A stretch of 64,000 nucleotides of DNA, taken from assembly GCF_009914755.1 (NCBI RefSeq), contig NC_060938.1. One strand, written 5' to 3'. The notes under the pieces are model-generated. The model saw nothing but the letters and a program-made list of their open reading frames with translations. It made no database searches and had not been told where the DNA came from. Made by a program: the position numbers and the translations under genes. This document shows, piece after piece, positions 44,191-57,911 of the stretch. This DNA is from the human T2T-CHM13v2.0 reference genome, Homo sapiens. How positions within the stretch are numbered: the stretch's first letter is position 1; every line of letters starts with the position of its first letter.

Positions 44191-44969
44191 TGTTCCCACA
44201 TGGTTTTTATTGCCAATGCTGGATAAGGAATGGCTGTCACGTCCATTGACTAAGGAGAGATTCAAGATTATTTTATACTGTTAGATTTTACACTAAGTGC
44301 CAGAACCTAGCTGCCATCCCCACTACTGCTGGTTTAACTGCAGATCAATTAAGAGGATTCTCTCATAGTTTTCATGCTAAGGTCTCCATCATAAGAAGAA
44401 TTGTGGGCCATTTTTTTCTTGCCGGCATGGCAAAAAAAAAAAAAAAACAGGAACATTACTGGCTTTGCCTTAACTGAAAACTGAGCAGTCTTTTAGAAAA
44501 CTGTAAAGTTCTCTATTTTATCAAAAATCCTGGTAGCTGGGAGAGTCGTCTAAATGAGCTCTGGGGATAAAGTTGGTATCTCTCACATTTGGTGACAGGA
44601 TCTGCATACCAACAAAAGCAGATGCTCAAGAATTTAGAATGCTTTTATGGGAAAAAATTCCTCCTCTCCCATAGGCAATAGATTTGTAAAAGAATGACTG
44701 GTGAACTTCTCCCAGGTCCAAGCCAGGAGAACTCAAGACAGCACCAATCTTTCTGGGGCCTGAGAAACCAGACAAAAATCACAGCTTCTCATAAAGGCAG
44801 GCAACAGTTACAGAGGATCTAGGGCTGTGCCCATTTGAGAGTTGATTATCAAGATGGCAGGCCAAGAATATGCCAAGTGAGGAAACAGACTACAAATTGA
44901 AACAGGAGAGCCAAGAATGTCAAGCGGGTTGGAAATTTGGAAGAATAGGCAGGAAGATGGAGAAACAAT

Positions 44970-45200
44970 CATAGCTAACAGTTTTATAGAACTTACTATT
45001 CATCATGGGATATTTTTAAGATCTTTAAATATTTTAACTATTAAAAACAATCACAAGAGGTAGATAGTATTATCCACGTTTTATAGAAGAAGAAACTAAG
45101 ACACAGGGAATTTCAGTTGCTCAGGGGCACAGTGTACAGCAGAGCTGGGATTTGAGCCAAGTCTGGATCCAGTGGTCCTTAACATTCTTGAAACACTAAA
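44970..45200 (-). mobile_element. MIR
   Basis: atagctaacag...ttttatagaagaagaaactaagacacag...cagagctgggatttga. Confidence 0.7.
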
Positions 45201-45315
45201 CAATGTTGCCTCCCTAGAAAAACCAGTAAGAATTGAAATGGAGGTGGCAGAGATGAAACTGATGAGCTGTGGTAAGGTGAGTGGTGATTTGAAAACAAAT
45301 GCTGTAAACCATGTT

Positions 45316-45904
45316 TGTTAGAAATGCTTGTTCCTCGGTGCAGTAAAGAAATAGCTCTTGAACACAAATTTAATTTCCTCAGCAAGGCCATTTTTACTTT
45401 CTGCAGAAAGGGTACACTTGCCAGCAGTTCTGCCATGAGAGTGCACCAAACAAAGGAGACAGGGTCATTTATAATCTGACGCGTCCACCTTACTACTGTG
45501 TCTGGTTTCTACTGGCTGGAACGGGACCTCATATTCTGTATCTGTCCTGATTGGCTAGCGACTTAGAACTTTTTAAAAGAAGCAAAGGCAGAGGACAACA
45601 AAGGAAGGAGGAAGTAACTTGTGGAATGCTGAGAAAAGTAAAAACACCTTCAAATAAGGAAGAGGAACAGGCTATGACTTAATGCTTGCTTGGACCAGTA
45701 TAAGCATGCGAGGGCAAATATTTAGGCTAAATTGTAGGATCTAAGAACATAAAGTACATTGATTTCTTTATTATGGCTAGCAGATATTTAAGAAAGTTAG
45801 CACAGGTCTTTGAATAAATTTTGCTTCTAAGAGAAGTTACTCTTTATTCTTAATTAGATGGGGAGGAAACTCTTTGAAGAGGAACTTCTACTTTACTTTT
45901 TACA
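45316..45904 (-). mobile_element. Solo LTR10 (LTR10C-like, HERV-I group)
   Basis: Minus strand TGTAAAAAGTAAAGTAGAAGTTCCTCTTCAAAG...CAAGCATTTCTAACA with CCAAT, TATAAA and ATTAAA; no clear TSD. Confidence 0.82.
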
Positions 45905-46819
45905 GGGCTCAACCTTTGTATGTGGCCTATCATACTTCTTGATGGATTATAGGTCTTTCCATAAAAGGGAGAATCCTGCCAGGCAATTAGAATTCCAAAT
46001 GATTCAACCCAGTATTCCAAGATTAGGGGCATTCACTATACATGAGACATAGTAGCACCTTTCTCCCCTACCAAAACAAATAGATAATGTAGTTTACACA
46101 AAATAGCATAACAAGCAAAACAGTAAATAGGTGAAAGAATAAACTGCAACTATATCCAACCAGATATTCTAAAATATAAAGTCCTAATGTTTTCCAGTGA
46201 AAGGCAAAGAGCGGAATCATGGGTAACTTGTGCTAATCTTAAATAAGAAGCATAATAGTGATTGGCTATACAATGAGAATGTTAAGCAAAGGCAAGTATC
46301 TTTTCCTAAACCTTACAGACAGGTACACTTGTCTCATATGGTGTTAGCCATATAAGAAAGGTTCATTTCAGCAGTAGATAGCCACATTGGAAGAATATGA
46401 GTCACTGAAAGTGCTTCAGCAACCACACTGTGCTTTCTTTCCTCAGTTTGGATGCTCAACAACGTCTTTGGTTTGAAGTAGATTCTCTCTTTCCTACAAC
46501 TGTCTTTTGATTTACAGCAAAGACTTTGTTTAAAAAATAAACAAACTTGGGTGCACTTAATGTTGAAACAGATACCAGATGTTAAAATGCAAGTTTTACT
46601 GAAGGTCTAAGTAGGTGTGTCAGGTACACATGAGATACCCTGGGCCTAGTTAGAAGCAATTCTACAGAATGAGAATAACAGACTCAGCCAATAAAATATG
46701 AACTAAAAGTTGCTATTAAGTAGTTGCAGTAAGTTGTAAAATCTAAGAGTGGGATTGCATTTAACTAAATGTCTACACTAAGGCTTAGAAGTAATTCTGA
46801 CTCTGCTCCCTGTGCATCA

Positions 46820-47497
<678 letters not shown>

Positions 47498-47895
47498 GTT
47501 TTAACATAGTACAACTAGTTATTTGTCCCATATCATGTTTCTCAAAGGATATCCTGCATCAATGTTCAGAAAGATAGTCCACTGAGAAGGAGCCAGAGAC
47601 AATTAGTAATATCAGAGAGATTTCCATTCATATAGTTAATATTACATTCTAGCACATAAAAGCTTAACTCTCCATTATTTGGAAAAGCCATCCATTCAGA
47701 TGGAATTTGTATGTCTCAAGGATTTTCCAGTATCTGAGGTCTTGGAATACAGAAGTACCAATAACAATGTCATTTCCAAAGGGTGACCTGACCCCCAGCA
47801 GTCATTGAAGAGTTTATTTAAACATACAGAGCAATGATTATAAATATTATCTAGAGATAGCTTAATGTAGTAAGACATTAAAATAAACATTAATG

Positions 47896-48483
<588 letters not shown>

Positions 48484-50288
48484 TTAATGAATGTATAATT
48501 CAATCTTGTTCACAATCTGTTGATGCTAAAAAGCGTACATAAAATATAATTACTTTTACACAATCATATCAATTTTGCTACTGTTTTTCTTCAGTTCTCT
48601 GGTACAGGCAAGTTCCAATTTTTTACCACCTTGAATTTCACTTGTCTCCTAATCTAGGAGTATCAGAAAGTATCTGCATTGTGGTTTTCTTCCTAGTAAT
48701 CTACTCAATTGTCAGTGATTCAACACTTGTTATGGGTACGATTTTTCTTTACCAATGTAGACGCAAAAGAGTAGAACTGTAGATTATATACAGTAACTAT
48801 AAAAAAATTTTTCCTTGTTCTACTTTTTAACTGAACTTTTAGAGTGTATTGTGGAAAAACAGAAGGGACTCTGTATATCTGTACCCTTCATCAATGCTGA
48901 CAGTTTTTTTGTTTTTTTTTTTTTGTATAACATGCACAGTTTAAATTCCACTACACTCACGAAAAAACAAAGGTCTTAGGTCAGATTCCCTAGTTATTAG
49001 GAATTCCATAACTACCTATTTCCCAATCTCTTTTGCCAATATTTTTCATCTTAGGCTTCCTGTGAATAATACATTCTCCTTCTAGTTCTCCTCCCTGACA
49101 TACACTTTCCTCCCCCAGTGTCCATAATTCTCAGAGGATTCCTTGACCAGCACATCCAGATTTTTCTTGCTCTCCACAAAAAAGGATCAACTGTAGGTTC
49201 CAGACATCAAAGTTCTCAGCAAAATACAAACTATAAAGAGTTATATGGAGATAAAAGACCCAAAATACAATTCAGAAGAGAGAAGCATACTCAAGGTCTC
49301 TTTTATAAGAAAACAGTAAAAGAGGAAAGAAAACCAGAGGTGGTTGACAGGGGTAAGAAAACCACACTGATTGCTCTAAGCATTTGCATAAAGCACTTGC
49401 AAAACATGCATTATAACATTTTGGCCATACGTAAGGTGAATCAATAACTGATATTAGATCCGTTTTTAAAGTAATGGTGCATTTCAAAGGGAAAGAGAAG
49501 CCCCAAATGCCATGGTCAGGTGCCAAGTCCTGCCATCCATACATGTCACTATCCATTCACATCCTTTTTCTGTTTTAGCAGGTCACTGTGCATTCTAAAA
49601 TGCACTCTAAAGCAGACTTGATCTAGGATGAGGTGGGTTCTCAGAAAACTGGGGCCTTGGTACTGTAAACCGAGCAGTCAGGGTTCCAATGCAGTCCAAG
49701 GCTGCTTTCCAGTCCAGGCTAGTGGGAAATAACACAGTTATAAAGAGTAAAAGATAAAAGTCTCCAACACTTTTTCAGGGTCAGGCACGATCCCTATAGT
49801 CCTGCTTTATTGGAGACAGAAACTGGTCAAAAAAGAGTGCCTTCTACCCCCTGGGACTCCATTATTTTCCCATGATGCCCTGTGCCACACAAAGGATTGT
49901 TATTATGAATAACACGGTCACATCTACACCAAGTTTGTAAACATTATGTAATTAAGGGAAAAGCTCTAATTTTTTAATCTCATTTTATTGGTAATATAAT
50001 CTTCCCGTTGTTGCAATATACCACAAAAACAACTGGTCTATTTCTAAAGCATCTGAAACTGAAAATGGTTTAAAATTACAATAATGCAAGTAGGCTGTAT
50101 AAGTATACCAGAAGGTGGTGGGTGACAGAGGGGAAAGAAGAAATCTGTGGTTTATAGTTAAGACTCCTGGAAACTACATATAAAAATTTGGTCAATTAAA
50201 TAACTTTATTAGTTTAGTCAATGAATAGAAATCACACAACTCCCTAGTGCAAACTGCACACATCACTGCCATTGGAATTGAATTATTC

Positions 50289-50603
<315 letters not shown>

Positions 50604-51799
50604 TAAGCTCATGAAATATCTCTAGAATGTTCCATATGCCTTCCCATCTGCTATTACTGAATGCTTTGGCCACTTTCTTGCCAATGTTCCTTACAGACAT
50701 TCTTTCACCTCTGATGAGGTACTGAGTAATAACAAGAAATTGTGGGCACTCAACAACTGTGCACTGGTTAACCTTACTAACCTGTATGTGAACTAAAAAT
50801 AAGGTGTATAGTTTTTGTGAGACCCACATATAGTTAACACCTAGTACAATGTGCCAACCACTGTAATAAGGATGTTACATATAATAATCCTCAAAACAAG
50901 TCTATGAAGTGAGTACAAACAGGAAGAACACTGCAAACAAGAGAGTTCACTTAACCATTACTCAGCAATGATTAGTTTTTATCTAAAATGTCCACATGCA
51001 GCCAGGAGAATATCTAAACATACAATAAAACAAAAATGTTTACTACGATATTTTTTCATATGTAATAATATTGCTCCTCATTAATAGAAGACAAATTCTG
51101 TTCTCCTTTCTGATTCATGTACCCCAAATTAGTTCAAATTTTATCTGCTAGTCAAGTTCAAAAGGAAGAATAAAATAAAATCTTTCTTTTAGAATAGGTA
51201 TAGCTAACTTGTTGGCCTTGACACCCAGATGCAGTGGGCTAAATTAGGCCACAAAAATCTAAATGGCCAATGGATTCATACCACCATTCTACATAGGAAC
51301 TTACTGGACATTTTTTTTCAAACACTTTTATTACCACTAACCAGACAGTTTCCAAAACAGCTAAAAAGGAAAAGTAAAATGGGGGCAAGGTCAAAAGCTG
51401 CAACGTATAGTATGAGTTTTTCTATTTGAAGAAAGGCTGAAGAACCCATACGGGGACTGGACCCTCCTAGAAAGTGTGAAAACTTACACACAGAGACTTA
51501 AGAAACCAATTAAAGTTATATGAGATTTTGTGAGAAATGGCAAATTACAGGATAGACAAAAAGCACTACTGTGTTTTTATTATAGCTTATACAAGGGCTT
51601 GGACATCCACAGGATTGTATCTTGTAGAGAACTATTTAGAAAATGCTAAAATATAGATAAAAATAGGTGTTGCTCTTATGCTAGTTATAAGCTATAATTG
51701 GCCTAATGGCTATTTGCTTTAGGAAAGAAGGTTGGAGAAAGGGAAGTCCACATTACCTTTAGGTTAACTTCTGTAGGCTCCCACCAGTTTTCACCTGAT

Positions 51800-52510
51800 T
51801 TATGACACTAGCATTCTACTGATATTCTGCTTCCAACTCTCCAGCTCAACTTTTGCATTGTCATTAATCACATGTAAGTATAAAGAACCTTCTACTGTTT
51901 GGTTCCTCATTACTCGCAGGATAAAGGCCAAACTCCTTAGCACTGCATATCTACCCTGTCTCTTTTCCAGCTATTGTCCCAAATGCACCATTCATGTGCA
52001 GGTGCTCCCTTCACAATCTCCATCCTGTCCCTGACCAAACACCATCCCTCACATACTTTGGTCTCTGTGGTTGGTCAAAGCCCAAACCCACCTCATGTGT
52101 CACAGTGCCTGCAGGTGTAGACCTCACTTCCTTAAAATGCCACGCAGTTTCAGACCTGTGTCCTTGTGTATGTGCCCCATCTAGCTGGAATGCCCTTCCC
52201 TCTATTTCTCTGCTTCATTAAATTCATCCTGTAAGACTCTGTCTTAAATTTTCTGGGACGCTTTCCTGATACCCTCACCCTTGGATGGGTCAGAAGCTCT
52301 TTGCATACTGCACTGTATTCCCCCACTAGACTAATGAATGAACTGCTTCATCACTTTCTAGCTAAGTGACCTTGGACAAGTTCATTAATTTCGCTGAGCC
52401 CATTTCTTCATGTATATAATGTTGGTATTAATTTGCTATCACTGTAAAATAATCAATGTCAAAAATCACTTTGTAAACAGTGAAGTACCACGCAGGCATT
52501 AACAATTTTA
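51800..52510 (+). mobile_element. L2 fragment followed by MIR
   Basis: caggataaaggccaaactccttagc and ctggaatgcccttccc (L2); ctaagtgaccttggacaagttc (MIR). Confidence 0.6.
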
Positions 52511-53444
52511 TCAAAAACCAAGAGAGCACACAGTATTCTTGGTGAATATACTTCAGTTTAATCTAAGGGTAAGATTCATCTCTTGGTTTCCGTCCCCTCT
52601 CCAAGGATACCCTGTATTTTTATCCAACTTTCTGACTCCACTAAGTCTTGGTACTTCTATCTTCAGGAAAAAAAATCTATGATTATGTTTAAGTCATTTG
52701 AAGGAAACACCGAGTGGGAAGCTCTGAAAGGGTAAGGATTTTCCTTTTCCCCATCTTTCTTAATGCCTTCACAAGAGTACCGTTATGCACATATAAATAT
52801 TCTGAATATGAAAGAACTGAATGAATATAAACATACCCTGCCTTTAGTGAGTATATAATCTAAAAAAGTGAATGATGTAACAGATCTCACTAAATCTGAC
52901 CTTATAAAAATGGTAATGAATGCCTTTAGTATCATCTTAATGTGCAGTAAGAAATTAAATTTCCTGCTATTATTTTATTTGGTGATTTGACACATGTTGG
53001 AATTGCTATCTTAGTAAGTCATGCTTAACATATGAATGTTTTAACATTATCAGAATCACTGATGCAATTCAATACCTAGTTATTGAATATATATTGCACT
53101 AGGCCCTATCAGAGTACAAAGATAAAGGTGACGGGCTCTGCCGATGGTAAGGTCCTAACCTACAGAAAGGAAGCTGTCATCAATCCATCTAATAGAGGGC
53201 AGAGTGTTGTATGGAGGATCTAAAGGTTGTCACAATCAATGAAGACATCTAAGTTAGGGCATTGGGCCCACGAAAATTAAAAGTGTATATTACATATTAT
53301 AATACTGGTGGTCAGTAACTTCTGTGACTATTGAATATCTCCTATATATTACATACGTAATATTTGCTGCATGCACTGGCAGATATTTACGGTCACCTTC
53401 CTCCTATTCTAACTATAAACCCGTCTGTGTTGTTGTCTAATAAA

Positions 53445-53715
53445 TACTGTTAACACTCATATCACACGTAAGTACCAACCATAGTTCCAAGCCCTTGAAG
53501 TATATTTTCTAATTTACTTTCACAACAATCCCGTGAGGTAGGTACAATTTCTCCCCTTTTACAAATGAGGAAGACGAGGCATAGAAATGGTAATTTTTCA
53601 AGGTTAAGATGCAAACACAAAAATATGTAAATGAGGACCTAAGAGACAGAATCCAGTATTCCACCGAGGGAGCGGAGCCACTTGCCAGAGCTGCTTCACG
53701 CAGTGCTTTCCACCT
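53445..53715 (-). mobile_element. MIR
   Basis: cacaacaatcccgtgaggtagg...ttttacaaatgaggaagacgaggcatagaa. Confidence 0.75.
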
Positions 53716-54232
53716 CTCCGAACACACCCAGTGGGAACAACCTATCTCCTTTCCCTCCAGGGATTCTTTTACTTTTCCTGAACCCATAACTAAGCTGTTG
53801 ATTCTCGAGCAGATCCTCTCAAACCTTCCTACTCCAGAAGACGTGCCGCTATTTAAATCATAGGCTGTTTAGGGTAAATGAGACAGAACCAGATCCCCAG
53901 GTGGACAAAGCTGGTAGGATCACGAAATTAAACCTCGGGCTGCGGATCCGGTCCTGGATCACTTCCAGGGGATGGCAGCAGCACCCGGCTCACCCAGGAG
54001 GCGCTACCCCCGAAGGTATCCAGTCCTCCTGACCCCAGGCAGCTTGGGTTTTGCCATCTGCTCGTTTACCCTTCAGCTGCCGACGCTCCCTGCTCAATCT
54101 CCATCCTGCCCCAGCCAAACGCCAGGCCTCACGCGCCTCCCTCTTCGCGGCGACCAGTCCCAAACCCACACCGGTGCGCATCGGCCCATGCAGGGGCAGC
54201 CCGTCCTGCCCTAACCCCGGCCCGCTACTCAC

Positions 54233-55070
54233 GGTTCCAGTACACCGGGTAGCACTCTCCTTGGGTCACATCCACCTCGTAGAGGCCGCCCCGCACGCAC
54301 ACAGGCTCGATGTTCACAAGCTCCACCATCTCCGGCTCGTGCCCCGTCGTACTCTGGCAGAAGCCGCAGGCGCGGTCCTCATCGTCATCTTCTCCGGAAC
54401 TGGAGGCTGGGCCCGTGGGGGAGCACACATGGTCGCCGTCCCGGTCCCCGCCCTGGGGCCGGGCACCCGTGGTCTGCAGCAGGGTCCGGAAGGCGAGCTC
54501 GATGCGGAGCGAGTCGTAGCCGATGAAGGGCTTCCAGGTCTTCTTGTCCTCCTTGTAGAACCAGCGTACCTCCTCCGGGCCCAGCTCCGTCACTACCTCA
54601 TAGCGGTGCCGGGCCGCCGGGCCGCCAAGCCGGGTACGTTTCCTTTCCCCGGGGGACCCTCCTGTCGCGCCGCCGCCCCCCGAGTTCGTCGGGACCAGCG
54701 GAGGCTGCTGCGGCGGGTGCAGCGACAAGGAGCTGCCGCCGCCGCCGCTCTCACCCTCGCTGTAGTAGCGCAGCGAGGAGCCCGACTCGGCGGAGCTGAA
54801 GTCATAGTTCTCGTCACTGAGGCAGGGGTCCAGCGCGAGGTGGTGGTTGTGGTCGTCGGTGCCCGGCGCCAAATGCAGCCCGGGTTCCCCGCGCAGCAGG
54901 GCCAGGGGCACGTCGCCGTCGTCCGGGTCCCCGCCGGGCAGGTGCTCGAAGCAGCAGACGCCGCCGCCGAACGCTGGCCTCGCGTCTGAGCCCAGCTCCC
55001 AGGCGCCGCCGCCGCCGCCTCGGCCGTTATGCTCGGGGCTCCGTGGGGACCCGCGGCCCGGGTAATTCAT
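54233..55070 (-). CDS. DDHD1: DDHD1 coding exon 1 (838 nt, 279 codons + 1 nt)
   Basis: ORF 54225..55160 contains MNYPGRGSPRSPEHNGRGGGGGAWELG...VRWFYKEDKKTWKPFIGYDSLRIE...GGLYEVDVTQGECYPVYWN, which I recognise as the human DDHD1 N-terminus. ATG at 55070 (cacagcATGa); donor AAC-C|GTGAGT with GT at 54232-54231. Confidence 0.97.
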
Positions 55071-55138
55071 GCTGTGGAGACGCCGCCGGCTGTCCGGCGG
55101 CGCGCGGAGCCGTGACCCCCAGCGCTTCCGCCACACAT
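55067..55138 (-). other. uORF2 (23 aa, MCGGSAGGHGSARRRTAGGVSTA) whose TGA overlaps the DDHD1 ATG
   Basis: Manual translation ATG TGT GGC ... ACA GCA TGA; TGA at 55069-55067 overlaps ATG at 55070-55068. Confidence 0.6.
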
Positions 55139-55177
55139 TCAACGCCGCCACCCTCTCCACCCGAAGTTTCTAATCTT

Positions 55178-55270
55178 TCAAATCCCGACCCGAGCTGCGG
55201 CGGCAGCGGCGACCGCTCCGCCCCCACGAGACCCGCAGCCGCCGCAGCTGCGTTCTGCCGCCGGCCCCAT
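55178..55270 (-). other. uORF1 in the DDHD1 leader (30 aa, MGPAAERSCGGCGSRGGGAVAAAAAARVGI)
   Basis: ATG in strong context acaATGg, TGA at 55180-55178; only real if the TSS is upstream of 55270. Confidence 0.5.
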
Positions 55271-55420
55271 TGTCACGCAGCCCGACGTAGGCGGTGCTTC
55301 GGCCCCCGCCCCGCCCCCCGGCCGCGTGCGCCGCCCCGGAAGCCCGGGCTGCACCGGCGCCGCGCGCGGGGTTCCCCCCTGCCCCTCTGGCTGGGAGGGC
55401 AGGGTGGTGTCAGGTCGCCC
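55270..55420. promoter_or_regulatory. TATA-less, probably bidirectional core promoter
   Basis: GC boxes ccccgccccgcccccc (~55304-55319), NRF1-like gcgtgcgc (55324-55331), ETS-like CCGGAAG (55336-55342). The exact TSS cannot be read from sequence. Confidence 0.65.
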
Positions 55421-55964
55421 GCCGCTCTTGGGCCTCCTCGGCTCCCTTCCTCCTTCCTTGCGGTCTTCATGCACAGCTGCCTCGGTCCCCCGCTTCTGGA
55501 ATTCACAGCCCAGATGTGGATAGGCTTTACCCCACTCATCCTTACAATGTGGGTCATGAGCCCAGAGCCTTAAGCTACGTGTTAGGAGGGCCCCAGGATG
55601 TAGGATTCAGCATTGCTCTTTTTGACCTTAGGCCCTACTGCGGCCTCGCCTGGACGTTTTGTCACCTGGCCCTGGTGCCTCCAGACAGAACCAGGACGCA
55701 TAGGTGGGTGGATACGAGGGCACTCCACCCCACACCCATCACTCACCTTGGTGTCACCACTCCCACTGGGAAACTGGAATCTAAACCTTGCTTCATATGC
55801 CATCTCATATTATTACTTATCTTTTGATGCTTGGATTTCCTGTTTTCTCAACCTCATTGCTAGGCCCTTGATGGAAACCAAGTCCATGTCAGCCTCTCCC
55901 ACACAGTGGGTGCGCAATCAGTCTTAGTTGATTATAATGATGTCAAGTCCAACCAGCTGTGGTA

Positions 55965-56135
55965 AAGAGTGTTCGATTGAGAGGTAGAAAACAACCAGGT
56001 TCTAGATTTAGCTTTGCTAACCATCCACAGGCAAATCACATAATCTTCCTGATCTTTTTGGTTTCCTCATCTGTAAAATTAAGATTCTTGGACCAGATGA
56101 TATCTAAAGTTCCTTCTAGCAATGGAATTCTATGA
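55965..56135 (+). mobile_element. MIR (MIR3-like)
   Basis: ggtttcctcatctgtaaaat...ttggaccagatgatatctaaagttccttctagc. Confidence 0.7.
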
Positions 56136-57124
56136 ACTTTAAGGTTTCTTCCAGATTTTTATGCATCTCTGATTCTGTAACTCATATTCTGGGATCAAGT
56201 TGAATACAGAGGCTCCCTTATGTGGGTCTTTTTTATTTAAAAAAAATTATTTTGTAAGCACATCACCCTATGTTGAGAATCCAGAGAAAAACCATCTCCA
56301 ACCTCAGTGTTTTCATTTTAAGAATAGACAGTCTTCACTATTTCTTTTACTCTCTGGTGGAATCAGATTGGTAGGGCAATTTTTCTTGCTCCTGAGATGT
56401 AACCTGTCAGACATTATTACTCTGTCATTATTTAAATCAAGACTATCTGAAGTTTGTACAGGGCCTTTGTAGGAATTTGAAAAAAGGCATTGCTTCCTGT
56501 GGGCAGATACAGAGCGGTGTTGGAGTTGATGGCTTGTCAAGTAGAATACAGGCTGGATTTTCTGCCCCAATTAGTGCCCTTAGCTGGTTAACCTTGTGCA
56601 GTGAACAACCTATCCAACTGTATACTGCAGCTCTGACTGAAAGCATCTAAGATCAGGACCCTCTTTACCACTCAAAAAAAATTTCTGAGTGCCTGCTTCC
56701 CAGTTGCTCCTCCAGTATTTCTATTGACAATATGCAGCATATGATATTGGGTATGGGCTTTGGTCTGTTTACTAGCTGTAAAAGCATTCATTCTACAGGG
56801 TTTGAATAGGTGTCTGGCCACCTATATGCCAGGCACCTCTATGCTAACTTCTACTATAAGAGAGAATGGGAGAGAGTTCTTTCTTTCTTCAAGGAACTTA
56901 CAGCCTAGAGGGGGATACAGACAAGTAAACAGATACATTATATTATAGTACAGTATGAAAAGTACTATGAAGGGGATTATAAATAAGGAATATCACAACA
57001 TTTAAAATATCTCTATTCCTTTATGTTTCTTGATAGAATGTAGCCTAACTATATAACTATCTGGTCAGATTATTTTGGCCAGATTTTAACTCTTGACTAC
57101 ACAATTTCCGTTAACATTATCCTC

Positions 57125-57161
<37 letters not shown>

Positions 57162-57169
57162 AGTACTAA

Positions 57170-57541
<372 letters not shown>

Positions 57542-57689
57542 TTATCCTCTTGTGGTTCACTGGGGAAATGCCACACTCCTTTTAGGTAGAGTGATCATTT
57601 TTGAAGGAAATGTTGATTCTCAACACAACCCAGGTGGCAGAAGAAGGGAATCCTAGATTCTCTGCTGACCTGGTTATCTTGGTCTAGAG

Positions 57690-57911
57690 CCAGGTGTGTG
57701 TAATCTTTTGGCTTTCCTGGGCCACATCGGAAGAAGAAGAATTGTCTTGGGTCACACATAAAATACACTAACACTGATGATAGCTGATGAGCTTAAAAAA
57801 TCACGAAAAAATCTCGTACTGTTTTAAGAAAGTTTATGAATTTGTGTTGGGCCACATTCAAAGCCATCCTGGGCTGCATATGGCCCATGGGCTGCAGGTT
57901 GGGCAAGCTTG
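57690..57911. mobile_element. MER30 (hAT-Charlie) element
   Basis: ctgggccacatcggaagaagaagaattgtcttggg...caagcttg; 8-bp TSD gtctagag/gtctagac. Confidence 0.85.

Larger units (their letters stand above)
53930..55700. promoter_or_regulatory. CpG island over DDHD1 exon 1 and promoter
   Basis: Very high GC and CpG density against AT-rich, CpG-depleted flanks; limits approximate. Confidence 0.92.

Noticed and set aside
44411-44447. Hairpin tttttttcttgcc-ggcat-ggcaaaaaaaaa resembling a terminator
   Set aside because: Pairing is mostly homopolymer runs, and intrinsic terminators are irrelevant in a mammalian intron.
49118-49556. 109-aa and 94-aa ORFs in unique intronic DNA
   Set aside because: No recognisable homology, splice context or processed-pseudogene hallmarks (poly(A), TSD).
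53333-53390. Short nested palindromes (atattac-atac-gtaatat, tgcatgca)
   Set aside because: Too short and AT-rich to exceed chance; no miRNA- or snoRNA-like architecture.
54051-54989. 312-aa plus-strand ORF and other long ORFs over the CpG island (e.g. 55043..55573, 55294..55827)
   Set aside because: Antisense or overlapping shadows of GC-rich sequence with few stop codons; Arg/Pro/Ala-rich and no recognisable domain.
55071-55160. 30-aa N-terminal extension of DDHD1 from GTG at 55160 (ORF-track start)
   Set aside because: The frame is open only back to a TAG at 55172-55170, as expected by chance in a GC-rich leader; the known protein starts MNYPGR. It would need Ribo-seq support.
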